DNA of 64,000 bases from Alphaproteobacteria bacterium (GTDB lineage Bacteria > Pseudomonadota > Alphaproteobacteria > JBKEAR01), in contig JBKEAR010000039.1 of NCBI GenBank assembly GCA_047972425.1, forward strand, positions 20,127-84,126, written 5' to 3'. This document shows, piece after piece, positions 21,184-31,700 of the stretch; the stretch's first letter is position 1; each line of letters starts with the position of its first letter. A program made the translations under genes and the position numbers. The notes under the pieces are model-generated. The model saw nothing but the letters and a program-made list of their open reading frames with translations. It did not search any database and had not been told where the DNA came from.

Positions 21184-21689
21184 TGCTTTACCTTATTTTG
21201 TTGTGTAAGACAATTGAGCCATTCACTTAATTGTAATGATGTTTGTTTTATAACACCATAATGGGCAAATAATGTATCGTTATTTTCTTTGACCAATGTT
21301 AAAGGCAAACCCTGCGCATGCCACCGAGAAAGTATATTTGTATCGGGTATATACCAAGCGGTTAAATCTTTGATTGTATCTAGAAATAATAAATTTTTGC
21401 TTTCGGGAATATTCCCCAAATAAATCGTATATACACCATATTGATTACCCATTGATTTTACCTCGGCTAACAATGGTAGCTCGGTTAAACATGGGGCGCA
21501 CCATAAGGCCCAAAAGTTAATTAAGGATACATCATTAAGTTTTTCGGTTACTCGTGTTTCATTTTCATAAATAGTTAAGTCTTGAATAGATAAATTAGAA
21601 TCTATTTTTATAAAATTTGCGGGTGTGTTACATATTTCTGCAAAAGATGAAAAACCGAAAAAAAATAATATAAGCCCCATATATTTCAT
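21180..21689 (-). CDS. TlpA/ResA-like periplasmic thiol-disulfide oxidoreductase
   Basis: Signal peptide; thioredoxin fold with WCAPC active site. Confidence 0.7.
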   Translation of the reverse strand: MKYMGLILFFFGFSSFAEICNTPANFIKIDSNLSIQDLTIYENETRVTEKLNDVSLINFWALWCAPCLTELPLLAEVKSMGNQYGVYTIYLGNIPESKNLLFLDTIKDLTAWYIPDTNILSRWHAQGLPLTLVKENNDTLFAHYGVIKQTSLQLSEWLNCLTQQNKVKQ

Positions 21690-22249
21690 TATGGTTTTTC
21701 CTCAATATATTCTTTAATGCTTTGCGCAACTTGTGCCGTATCGGAACCATAACCAAAAACGTCAATCAATTCTCTTTTGGGGGAATATAAATATGTATAG
21801 GTTGAATGAAAAACCTCATAACGTGCAGGTAATGGCGGCTCAATAGGTTCGCCATCAAGTGTATATCCATAAGTCGCGTTTAGCTTTTCAGAAACCGCTT
21901 GTGTTTGTTCCCAATCACCAACAAGCCCATAAACTGCGGGTGAGAAATAATGAACATAATCATTCAATTTTTCTGCTGTATCTCTATTGGGATCAATAGA
22001 AATAAATATAGGGGCAATCTTATTGGCTTCTTCTCCTAAACGCCCTATTACATTTGCCATATCTAATAAAGTTGTCGGGCAGATATCGGGGCAAGATGTA
22101 TATCCCACAGCGATATACAAATATTTATCCGGCCATGTTTGCTCCGATACATCCCCTAAATTTTTATCGGTCAGATTAAATGATAATTTATCATCCGCCA
22201 ATGCAACAAATCCAAAGATAAGTAAAAAAATCGATAATAGTTTATACAT
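21689..22249 (-). CDS. SCO1/SenC copper chaperone
   Basis: Signal/TM anchor; CPDICP copper-binding motif plus downstream His. Confidence 0.8.
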   Translation of the reverse strand: MYKLLSIFLLIFGFVALADDKLSFNLTDKNLGDVSEQTWPDKYLYIAVGYTSCPDICPTTLLDMANVIGRLGEEANKIAPIFISIDPNRDTAEKLNDYVHYFSPAVYGLVGDWEQTQAVSEKLNATYGYTLDGEPIEPPLPARYEVFHSTYTYLYSPKRELIDVFGYGSDTAQVAQSIKEYIEEKP

Positions 22250-22259
22250 ATTTATTTCC

Positions 22260-23351
22260 TTAATTGCATACAGTGTTGGTTCGACCCATAATAATTTGCT
22301 TAGGTTTGGTTAAGTGGGTTTCGATATCATCTAAAACTTCATGATTACGCAAATTAATCGCTTTAATCTTTGTGCTTTGGCTTTGTACGGCAAAAAGGCT
22401 TTTGCTATCAGTGGTAACAACCATATCTTTAATATACCCTTCTGCTTTTATTGTGGTGTTTTTTCCTTTATCATCAATAGGGAAAATATCAATTTGATTA
22501 TACCCCGAGATTACCCCAACTTTTTCTAGCCAACCGGTACGGATAATATTAGGAGCAGCACCGATATTAACACTGTATTTTGCAAATGGTTGCCAAGGTT
22601 TAATCACATAGGCTTTTCCATTATCAGAAGCGACAAGAATATTTTTACTATCTGCACTCATATAGGGTCGGTTTAGTTGTCCATCTAAAATAATAGGACT
22701 ATATTGCTGTTTTTCCACGCGGTTATACATAATAAGCTGATTATCTGAAGATACCAAAGCCAGCAATGAATTGGCTGAAAGGCTGATATCGGAGACTGGC
22801 TGATGATTACCAAGCGCGATATTGCGTGAGAATTTATGATACACGCTCCAAATTAAAGTTTCACCCGTATTTTTATCGGTAATAAATAGCTTATAACCAT
22901 CTGATGAAAAATTAATACTCACATCATTCGCAATATTCTCTAACTCCTCATTAATTTCTTGTGTCATTGGGTCTATAATCGTGATTTTATTTTGGCTGAG
23001 AACCGCAATTTTTGAGCCATCTGGGTAAAAGATAATTTCTTTGGGTAAATTAGTGAGTTTAATTTCCCACTCATTTCCATTCTTTAAATCAATGGCAAAA
23101 ATAGTTGGGGTTGCACCATCATGATATAAAAGAATATCTTTGATATCGCTCACAATAACTTGTTGAGGAATGTTTTTTAAATCATAATGTTCAACAAATG
23201 TTTTTTCAACCGTATCTATAATTGCTATTTTATTTGATGTTTCATCGGAAACAAAAGCCCAACGGCTTCCATCTTCATAACCTTCAAGGGCAATGGCATT
23301 GAAATGAAGACAAATCCACGCAAAAAGAATAAAAAGCTTTTTAAGCATCAA
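22260..23351 (-). CDS. Secreted YVTN-type beta-propeller repeat protein
   Basis: Signal peptide; repeated ~40-aa blades (..NKIAIIDT.., ..TIFAIDL.., ..LFITDKN..). Confidence 0.5.
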   Translation of the reverse strand: MMLKKLFILFAWICLHFNAIALEGYEDGSRWAFVSDETSNKIAIIDTVEKTFVEHYDLKNIPQQVIVSDIKDILLYHDGATPTIFAIDLKNGNEWEIKLTNLPKEIIFYPDGSKIAVLSQNKITIIDPMTQEINEELENIANDVSINFSSDGYKLFITDKNTGETLIWSVYHKFSRNIALGNHQPVSDISLSANSLLALVSSDNQLIMYNRVEKQQYSPIILDGQLNRPYMSADSKNILVASDNGKAYVIKPWQPFAKYSVNIGAAPNIIRTGWLEKVGVISGYNQIDIFPIDDKGKNTTIKAEGYIKDMVVTTDSKSLFAVQSQSTKIKAINLRNHEVLDDIETHLTKPKQIIMGRTNTVCN

Positions 23352-23352
23352 C

Positions 23353-23826
23353 TTAATGCTTCATATCCATATGTTTCATATCCATATGTTTATCCCCTTT
23401 TATATCTTGTAAGCTCATCACAGGTGCATCACAGCTTAATATATTATCATCGGATAATTTGAGCTTTATCTCATAACTATCACCAGCCTTAGGGTGCTCT
23501 TTTAAATTCATTATCATGATATGTAAACCACTTGGTTGAAGCTTAGTTTCTTCGTTTATATTTAACGGAATTGTATCCACCGGATACATTTTCATAACAC
23601 CATCCGTCATTTCGGTATTATGAAGCTCAATATGATCAGATAACATATCAATTGATGCCGATTTTAGTTCTATTGCTTCTGTCCCGCCATTGATAATTGT
23701 TAAATAAGCCGCTGTCATGTCCGATGCATCAATGGCTTCACGTATTCGGCAATCACTAACCGAAACCTCGGCAATGGCAGGTATAGAAATTGATAAACAA
23801 GCAATAATTGGTAATAGTTTTTTCAT
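23353..23826 (-). CDS. Periplasmic copper chaperone PCu(A)C (DUF461) with His/Met-rich tail
   Basis: Signal peptide; H(M)x10Mx21HxM-type motif; C-terminal HMDMKHMDMKH. Confidence 0.75.
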   Translation of the reverse strand: MKKLLPIIACLSISIPAIAEVSVSDCRIREAIDASDMTAAYLTIINGGTEAIELKSASIDMLSDHIELHNTEMTDGVMKMYPVDTIPLNINEETKLQPSGLHIMIMNLKEHPKAGDSYEIKLKLSDDNILSCDAPVMSLQDIKGDKHMDMKHMDMKH

Positions 23827-23895
23827 TGTTTTTCCCTATTTATAAAATTATGTAAAAAATATAGCATTTTTGAATATATATATGCAACCGATGCC

Positions 23896-24456
23896 TTATT
23901 GGTTATTTAATTTTTTCCACTCATGGGGCAAAATAGAATATATATAAGAATCACCTTGATAATATTGGGTTTGTACTTGTGCGCGTAACCGACCCTCGCG
24001 TACAAAGCCAAGCCGTTCTATTAATTTAATAGAAGCCAGATTATCCACAACAATCACAGCCTGTATGCGGGGTAAACTCCAATGAATAAAACAATAATCC
24101 AATAATATGTGTAGTGCTTCGGTCATTAACCCTTGGTGCTGATATGCTGGGTTAAGTGCAAAACCAATCTCGGCTGTGGGGCTGCCAATGCCTGTTGCCC
24201 AAAGCTCAATATTGCCAATAACTTTATAACTGCCCATGGGTGTAATAGCCCAGCTCATAGAGCTGATTCCCATATTTTCATTATGAATTAAACGCGCATT
24301 AAGCCAATCATATATTGCATCTTTAGAGCCATCATCCATATTTAAATAACGGCGAACTTCTATTAAGCTTAGCCATTCATTTAAATCTTTAAAATCGCCT
24401 ATCGTAAATGGCCTTAGGGTTAAGCGTTTCGATTGCAAAATAGGAACTTCAGTCAA
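23896..24456 (-). CDS. GNAT family N-acetyltransferase (RimJ/RimL-like)
   Basis: LTLRPFTIGDFKDL start typical of RimL-type GNATs; acetyl-CoA motif A region. Confidence 0.7.
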   Translation of the reverse strand: MTEVPILQSKRLTLRPFTIGDFKDLNEWLSLIEVRRYLNMDDGSKDAIYDWLNARLIHNENMGISSMSWAITPMGSYKVIGNIELWATGIGSPTAEIGFALNPAYQHQGLMTEALHILLDYCFIHWSLPRIQAVIVVDNLASIKLIERLGFVREGRLRAQVQTQYYQGDSYIYSILPHEWKKLNNQ

Positions 24457-24532
24457 TAAACAAACCTTTTGAAATTATAACCATTTATATTTTAGCGTTG
24501 ATTTTTCATCAAAGCAACGTTAGTAAAGTTTT

Positions 24533-26998
24533 ATGAACAATTTTAATATATATGAAGACGGAAAAATTCGAGCCGTATTAGGCCCTACAAATACAGGCAA
24601 AACTTGGTTGGCGATTGATCGTATGCTCTCGTTTAGTTCGGGTATTGTCGGCTTTCCATTGCGTTTATTGGCACGTGAAAATTACGACCGCGCATTAAAA
24701 GTAAAAAATATTCGTGAGGTTGCTTTAATTACTGGCGAAGAAAAAATTATTCCACCGCAAGCAAAATACTTTTTTTGCACAACAGAATCTATGCCGATGG
24801 ATCGCGATGTTGATTTTGTTGCCATTGATGAAATTCAGCTTTGTGCTGATTCTGAGCGTGGGCATATATTTACCGATCGCCTATTACATGCCCGTGGGCG
24901 TTTTGAAACCATGTTTATGGGCGCCGAAATTATAACCCCTTTCATTCGTATGTTGGTCCCTAAAGCAGAGATTGAAACAAGGGAAAGATTATCGACTTTA
25001 CGATGGGCAGGTAAAAAACCGATAGACCGATTACCGGCGCGCTCGGCAATTGTGAGTTTTTCGACCAATGATGTTTATGCCCTTGCCGAGCTTATTCGGC
25101 GGCAAAAAGGTGGTGCAGCAGTTGTGCTTGGTGCTTTAAGCCCCCGTACCCGTAATGCACAGGTAGAGATGTATCAGGCTGGCGAAGTGGACTGGCTTGT
25201 TGCAACCGATGCCATTGGTATGGGGCTGAATATGGATATAAATCATTTAGCCTTTGCGGCGACTAAAAAATTTGATGGCCATAATTTTCGCCCATTAAAT
25301 GCGCAGGAGCTTGCTCAAATTGCCGGCCGTGCTGGCCGTGGTGGTAATGATGGTACTTTTGGAACAACCGGTGGCATTGCGGCATTAGATGATGAAATGA
25401 TTGATGCGATTGAAGCCCATGAGTTCCAAAGCCCCAAACATATTTACTGGCGCAATACAGATTTAAATTTTGCCTCGGTTGAGGCACTTGTTTATAGTCT
25501 AAAAAAAATGCCCCCCAAAAAAAATATGCAGCGCCCCCGCTATGCCGAAGATGAAGCCGTTTTGGGGATTTTGGCACAAGATAGTGATATCAAAATTCGG
25601 CTTAATGGATTATCGAATATCAAAACCCTATGGGATATTGCCCGAATACCCGATTTTTCTAAAACCCATGCGGGTGCCCATGCTAATATGTTAAAGCCGA
25701 TTTTAATTGATATATTAGATAAAGGTGTTATTCGTGCGCAATGGATGGAAAAACAATTTACACGCTTAAATAAAGAAACCAATGATTTAGAAAAATTATT
25801 ACAACATATTGCTGCCGTTCGAACACTAACTTATATATCTTACCAAAAACAATGGCTAAACAATGCCGAGAGCTGGCAAGCACAAACCCGATCGCTAGAG
25901 GATCAATTATCCGACCGCTTGCATGATAGCCTTACTAAGCGTTTTGTTGACAGGAAAACAGCAACATTATTGGGTAAAATCAAACAGCATAATGAGGTCT
26001 CAGCGATTGTTCATAACGATGGCCGAGTAGAAATTGAAGGCCATGAGTTTGGTCATTTAGATGGCTTTGCTTATAAAAGTAAAAAGAATAAACAGGCAAG
26101 CGAGAGTTTTAGCGATAAAACCGTACAATCGGCAGTTAACCGCGCGATTAAAGTTAATTTAAAAATACGTGTTGATGAGTTTTTAAATGGAAATTTAAAA
26201 GATATGAACCTTAATGCACAAAATCAATTATTATGGCGTGGCGATGTTATTGCTTATTTGCAAAAAGGTCCCGATATTTTATCGCCGATAATTAAGCTGA
26301 TTGATGCTCCATTACTTAAACCGGTACAGGCAGAGTTGATTATTGCAAAATTACAACAATGGATGAATACTCAAGTAAAAACATTGCTCCACCCAATTAA
26401 CCAGCTAAAAAAATATAGTGAAAAACAAGCCAAATATCTGCGTGGTGTTGCTTATAGTTTAGAGCAAAATTTAGGAAGTACCGTTTTTGCGATATCAGAA
26501 AGTCAATTAAGACAAGGCTTTGATTATAAACGCTTAAAACAGCTAAATATTCATTGGGGGGCAGCATTTATTTATAGTATATCATCTCTTTCTCAAAAAA
26601 ATATCACACTAAGGTTAGCTCTTTGTAATATCTATTATCAAACAGTATCTTATACATATTTCAGCAATGAACGATCGATTATAAACCCAAATTTTTCAGA
26701 AAATATAGCCATTTCTCTTGGCTATTATCCGTTAAAAAATATTTGGCTAAGAGTAGATATTATCGAAAAACTTATTGCACAAGGCAGAAAAAAAGAACAT
26801 TTGTCTTTAGAGCAAGCGGCAAATTTTTCTGGTATTTCAAAGGAAAAAATTAAAAATATCTTAAAAAATATCGGATTTGTTAAAGCCAAAAAGGATACAG
26901 ATACTTATTTTTGGCGGGGTTATTTGCCAAAGGCTAAAGAGACCAAAAGGATTGACCCTTCTTCGCCATTTGCAAAATTACAGGAAATAAAAATGTGA
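24533..26998 (+). CDS. Suv3-like ATP-dependent RNA helicase with about 400-aa C-terminal extension
   Basis: Near-identical Suv3 motifs: GPTNTGKT, FPLRLLA, TGEE, AIDEIQL, FSTNDVYA, LVATDAIGMGLN, QIAGRAGR. Confidence 0.7.
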   Translation: MNNFNIYEDGKIRAVLGPTNTGKTWLAIDRMLSFSSGIVGFPLRLLARENYDRALKVKNIREVALITGEEKIIPPQAKYFFCTTESMPMDRDVDFVAIDEIQLCADSERGHIFTDRLLHARGRFETMFMGAEIITPFIRMLVPKAEIETRERLSTLRWAGKKPIDRLPARSAIVSFSTNDVYALAELIRRQKGGAAVVLGALSPRTRNAQVEMYQAGEVDWLVATDAIGMGLNMDINHLAFAATKKFDGHNFRPLNAQELAQIAGRAGRGGNDGTFGTTGGIAALDDEMIDAIEAHEFQSPKHIYWRNTDLNFASVEALVYSLKKMPPKKNMQRPRYAEDEAVLGILAQDSDIKIRLNGLSNIKTLWDIARIPDFSKTHAGAHANMLKPILIDILDKGVIRAQWMEKQFTRLNKETNDLEKLLQHIAAVRTLTYISYQKQWLNNAESWQAQTRSLEDQLSDRLHDSLTKRFVDRKTATLLGKIKQHNEVSAIVHNDGRVEIEGHEFGHLDGFAYKSKKNKQASESFSDKTVQSAVNRAIKVNLKIRVDEFLNGNLKDMNLNAQNQLLWRGDVIAYLQKGPDILSPIIKLIDAPLLKPVQAELIIAKLQQWMNTQVKTLLHPINQLKKYSEKQAKYLRGVAYSLEQNLGSTVFAISESQLRQGFDYKRLKQLNIHWGAAFIYSISSLSQKNITLRLALCNIYYQTVSYTYFSNERSIINPNFSENIAISLGYYPLKNIWLRVDIIEKLIAQGRKKEHLSLEQAANFSGISKEKIKNILKNIGFVKAKKDTDTYFWRGYLPKAKETKRIDPSSPFAKLQEIKM

Positions 26999-27276
26999 AT
27001 TTAGTTTCTTACGAAAAACAAAGGCTTGATCAGTGGTTGGTTTATGCCCGCTTTGCAAAATCGCGTAATGTGGCCAAAGAGATTATTTTAAAAGGTAAAA
27101 TGCGTATCAATGGTGAGCCGACCAATAACATAAGCATAAAAATAAAGGTGGGAGATATAATCGTTTTTTTCAAACAAAATAACCTTTATATGATTGAAAT
27201 TATTGGTTTAAGTCATCAACGTATAGCCGCAAAATTTGTGCATCATCTATATAAAGACATCTTAGTTGATGAATAA
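26995..27276 (+). CDS. S4-domain RNA-binding protein (Hsp15/HslR-like)
   Basis: RLDQWLVYARF..SR S4 motif; GTG start overlapping the helicase stop (ATGTGA). Confidence 0.6.
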   Translation: MNLVSYEKQRLDQWLVYARFAKSRNVAKEIILKGKMRINGEPTNNISIKIKVGDIIVFFKQNNLYMIEIIGLSHQRIAAKFVHHLYKDILVDE

Positions 27277-27457
27277 TCTGTAAAAGCAAATTGAGTAGCC
27301 TCTATTTTTATCAATTTCCTTGAAAAAAGTAGGGAAAACTGTTATTATTATTTTTTACATACCTTATAAGTTTTTCTTATTATCATTTTAAAAGAATAAT
27401 TTTAAGTATATTTTTATTATACCTTACCAAGCTATTAATCATTTAAAGAAGGCTTTT

Positions 27458-27952
27458 ATGACAGACTATAATATTGGAGATTATGTTGTTTATCCGACCC
27501 ATGGTGTTGGACAAATAGAAGGAATTGAAACTCAAGAAGTTGCCGGACATAAGCTCGAACTCATTGCAATTAAATTTAGCGAAGACCGTATGACTTTGCA
27601 TGTACCCATGATGAAAGCAAAAAAATGTGGGCTTCGTGCGCTTTCAGATGATGGAATTATCGAAGAAGCCTTAACTGTGCTAAAAAGTAAGGCAAAAACA
27701 AGCAAAGAAATTTGGGCACGTAGAGCCCAAAATTACGAACAAAAAATCAACTCGGGTGACCCTGTAATTATTGCCGAGGTTATTCGGGATTTATATCGCA
27801 AAGTTAACCAGCCAGAGCAAAGTTTTTCGGAACGGAAAATTTACGAGCAGGCATTTGATCGCTTAGCAAATGAAGTTGCGGCATCGCGTGATTATGACAA
27901 TAAAGATAAAGCCGCACAATTGCTATATGCGTCTTTAAAATTACAGCCCTAA
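27458..27952 (+). CDS. cdnL: CarD/CdnL-family RNAP-binding transcription regulator
   Basis: N-terminal CarD_TRCF domain (YPTHGVGQIEG..); AAGAAGG RBS. Confidence 0.8.
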   Translation: MTDYNIGDYVVYPTHGVGQIEGIETQEVAGHKLELIAIKFSEDRMTLHVPMMKAKKCGLRALSDDGIIEEALTVLKSKAKTSKEIWARRAQNYEQKINSGDPVIIAEVIRDLYRKVNQPEQSFSERKIYEQAFDRLANEVAASRDYDNKDKAAQLLYASLKLQP

Positions 27953-28591
27953 TTCTTTTTTTTCGAATAGTCTAAAAATAGTATTATCTTCTTTATAAAT
28001 AATTTGATTGGGATGATGAATTTGCATAACTATATCATCCCATTTTTCTATTTGAGCAATGGCGTAAATTTCTTTACCAATATAAGGTCTCAAATTTTTA
28101 AATTTAAAGGTGGCATAGACATTTTTGGGGATATATATACGCAATTTTATTTCATTATTTGTTTTAAGATATAATGAATAGGCAAATGATGATTTTTTAT
28201 ATTCAGCCAAATCCCCTTTTATGACCCTATATTCATATAAATGTTTTTTTGCATCATCCGTTGTAAATATTGGTAATTTTAAACGGGCATTCCAGTAAGT
28301 TTCAAAATCTTTTTCATTTAGATCTTTTGCCGTAATCTCAAAACCATATGCAAACATCTGCTGCGGATGCACCTGTGCTTTTATCGCTTGCATAGGTATT
28401 GATGGCATAGCAATATCATCGTATGAAAAATTATTTAGTCGAATTTCATTATTTATATAATATCCGTACAGATAATATTCATCATTTTGGGTGGTAACGA
28501 TATTTTTATCGATAATAACATCATTATCGGCATGTGCCATTACTGGCAGTAAATATACCATTAAAACAAAAATTATTTTAGAATATCGCAT
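27941..28591 (-). CDS. Hypothetical secreted protein (signal peptide, no recognisable domain)
   Basis: MRYSKIIFVLMVYLLPVMAHA/DN signal. Tyr/Lys-rich, 216 aa. Its 3' end overlaps the cdnL 3' end by 12 nt. Confidence 0.4.
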   Translation of the reverse strand: MRYSKIIFVLMVYLLPVMAHADNDVIIDKNIVTTQNDEYYLYGYYINNEIRLNNFSYDDIAMPSIPMQAIKAQVHPQQMFAYGFEITAKDLNEKDFETYWNARLKLPIFTTDDAKKHLYEYRVIKGDLAEYKKSSFAYSLYLKTNNEIKLRIYIPKNVYATFKFKNLRPYIGKEIYAIAQIEKWDDIVMQIHHPNQIIYKEDNTIFRLFEKKELGL

Positions 28592-28612
28592 TAATGATTA
28601 ATCAGATAAAAT

Positions 28613-28737
28613 TACTTTTGCGATTTTTGTGGCCATTTTTCTGGCTTACGGCCAAAAAGAGCACGCACCCAAACTACGGCGGCAACACAGCCTAAAATAA
28701 CTTTTACGAGTATATTTTGTGTTTTTGTTTTTTCCAT
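28613..28737 (-). CDS. Possible small membrane protein (41 aa), not in the ORF track
   Basis: ATG preceded by a GAGGA RBS; one hydrophobic helix (ILVKVILGCVAAVVWV). A 35-aa ORF overlaps on the opposite strand; cannot discriminate. Confidence 0.2.
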
Positions 28738-28759
28738 TTTGTCCTCATATATTATCCAA

Positions 28760-31700
28760 TTATTTTAGCATATTTTTTAGGCAGTCCAAAATATTATTTA
28801 CAGCATCTAACTTTTGTGTTTTATCGGTCAAATTTTGACTAAATACAACCGATTGATCTGCCCGAATTTTAGTTGTTTGCCCATGTTGCTGTATATAGTT
28901 AATGAGCGCAACCGGATTTTTAAAAATATCGTTATAAAATTTAATAACAATGGCCTTCGGGCCAACATCTAATTGCTCAATGCCCAAATATTTACATTGG
29001 ATTTTAATGGCAGATATCGTTAATAAATTTTCTACTTCATCAGGGAGTTGCCCGAATCTGTCTTGTAGCTCTGTTGCAATATCTTCTAGCTGCGCTGCAT
29101 CATTGACATTCGCAATTCTTCGGTAAAGATTCATACGTAAATCTAAATCCGGCACATAATCGGTTGGGATCATAATTGCTAAACCCATATTAATTCGGGT
29201 GGACCATAATTGTCTTTCTTCACTTTCTTTATCAGTCGCTTTTTGTATTTTTGCGTCTGCTACTGCTTCTTCAAGCATTTTCTGATACAGCTCGATACCG
29301 ACTTCTTTAATATGCCCCGATTGTTCATCGCCAAGTAAATTACCCGCTCCACGTTGATCTAAATCGTGGCTGGCAACCGAAAACCCTGCACCCAAATTAT
29401 CTAAGGTCTGCATAACCTCTAAACGTTGTAAGGCAGTTTTATTAATATATCGGTGAGGTTCGGTAACCAACCAAGCCCAAGCCCGAATATCTCCCCTACC
29501 AACGCGCCCGCGCAATTGATAAAGCTGCGAAAGGCCAAACATATCCGCCCGATAAATGATAATTGTATTCACATTGGGCATATCAATGCCGGATTCTACA
29601 ATTTGGGTCGAAAGTAAAACGTCAAACTCTCCATCAATAAAAGCTGCAATGGTTTCTTCTAACGCGCGAGCCGGCATTTGCCCATGGGCAATACCAATTT
29701 TTATTTCAGGTAACAGGGTTTTTAGTTTTTCTTCCATACGGCGCACATCTTTAAGCCTTGGGCATACAAAAAAGCTTTGCCCACCCCGGTATTTCTCTTT
29801 TAAAATAGCCTCGCGAATGGTTACACTATCGTAAGCTTGGATAAAGGTACGGATAGCTAAGCGATCTACTGGTGGCGTGGCAATAATACTTAAATCTCGT
29901 ACGCCTGTAAGAGCCATTTGCAAAGTACGGGGTATGGGCGTTGCTGTGAGTGTAAGCACATGCACATTATTGCGAAGTTGTTTGAGTTTTTCTTTATGAG
30001 CTACACCAAAATGCTGTTCTTCATCTACCACCACTAATCCAAGGCGGTCAAATTCCACATCTTTGCTCAAAAGTGCATGGGTTCCGATTAAAATATCAAT
30101 TTTACCTTGTTTCACATTCTCTTTAATCTCTTTCGCATTTTTTGCGGTAATTAAGCGAGAAAGCTGGGCAATTTTTACCGGGAAACCCTCAAAACGTTTA
30201 ACAAAATTCTGATAATGTTGCTTGGCTAATAAAGTTGTGGGCACAATAATCGCCACCTGATAGCCACTCATAGCCGTGATGAAGGCAGCGCGTAAAGCAA
30301 CCTCGGTTTTACCAAAGCCAACATCGCCGCAAATTAAACGATCGGCCACTTTACCCGAGGTTAAATCTTTAAGGACATCATTAATCGCATTATATTGGTC
30401 ATCGGTTTCGCGATAGCCAAAGTTAGAGCAAAATTCTTCATACGCCCCCTCTTGCACATCCATTACAATTCCTTGTTTGATTGCACGTTGTGCGGCAACT
30501 TTCATCAGCTCACCGGCCATTTCGGTAATGCGTTCTTTAGCTTTGGCTCGGCGGGCTTGCCAAGCAACACCACCCAATTTATCAAGAGCAACGCTTTTAT
30601 TATCCCCGCCATATCGCGAAAGTAGCTCTAAATTTTCTACCGGAACATAAAGGCGATCCCCGCCACTATATAAAAGTTTTAGGCAATCATGGGGGGCACC
30701 TAAGGCGGTTACAGTTTCTAAGCCTTCATATTGGCCAACACCATGCTCTATATGGACAATAAAATCCCCTTCATTAAGTGCTGAGGCCTGTAATATTACA
30801 TCTTCTGCCCGTTGCGAGCTCCGCCGGGCTGTTCCGTATGTTTTCCCTAAAATATCATCATCAGAGATAAAAGCGATATTATTAATAATTAAACCACGGG
30901 ATATTCGCCCGCGAATAATAGCCATTGTTGAGCTACCATACTGTGCTGCATCGCTCAGTGTTTCAATTACACTTGTTTGTGGCCCATGAGTATCTTTAAG
31001 TAAACGTATCAACCGGTTTTGCGCATTGGGGTTTTTAGAAAATGTAACAATATGCTTAAGATTTTGCTGGTTTATCCAATTTTGTATCCGTTCACCAATG
31101 GGTAAATGGGTTGGCGCAATCTCGTAATATCGGGGGACTATTTTACTATTGAGATGAAACAAATTCCCTTCTTCTACAAAAGGAGAAAGCTGTAGGACTT
31201 TTTTGCTTTTTAAAATTTCCCACCAAGTTTCGGTATTTTCAAAGAATGATTCAGGTGGTACAGGCACATAACGTTCATCAATATTCTTTTCATCTTTTTG
31301 GCTCTGCCTTGCCTGATAATAATCATGTATGGTTTCTAAACGATTTTTTTGAAGTTCTTCAAACTGGTAAGCAATAATAACTGGCAGATTTGGACAATAA
31401 TCCAATAAATTATCTAACTTTTTATAAAATAAAGGCAACCAATGCTCCATAGCTGGCCAAGCCACACCATTGGATATCGATTGGTATAAAATATCGGATT
31501 TTTCTATTGTGCCTGCAAGATTACGATAATTTTTGCGAAATAGCTCAATAGATTCTTCCGATAATAAAATTTCGGTTGCCGGAATCAGCGTAAGAGTTTT
31601 GACATGTTTGTTACTGCGTTGGGTCGATGGATCAAATAGCCGAATATCATCAATATCATCCCCAAAAAAATCGATACGATACCCCGATGTTTCCCCTGCT

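Noticed and set aside
25501-25540. Homopolymer runs A8-C6-A8-C5 inside the Suv3-like helicase gene as possible phase-variation sites
   Set aside because: They encode a plausible in-frame KKMPPKKNMQRPR linker. Housekeeping helicases are not typical contingency loci. No frameshift evident.
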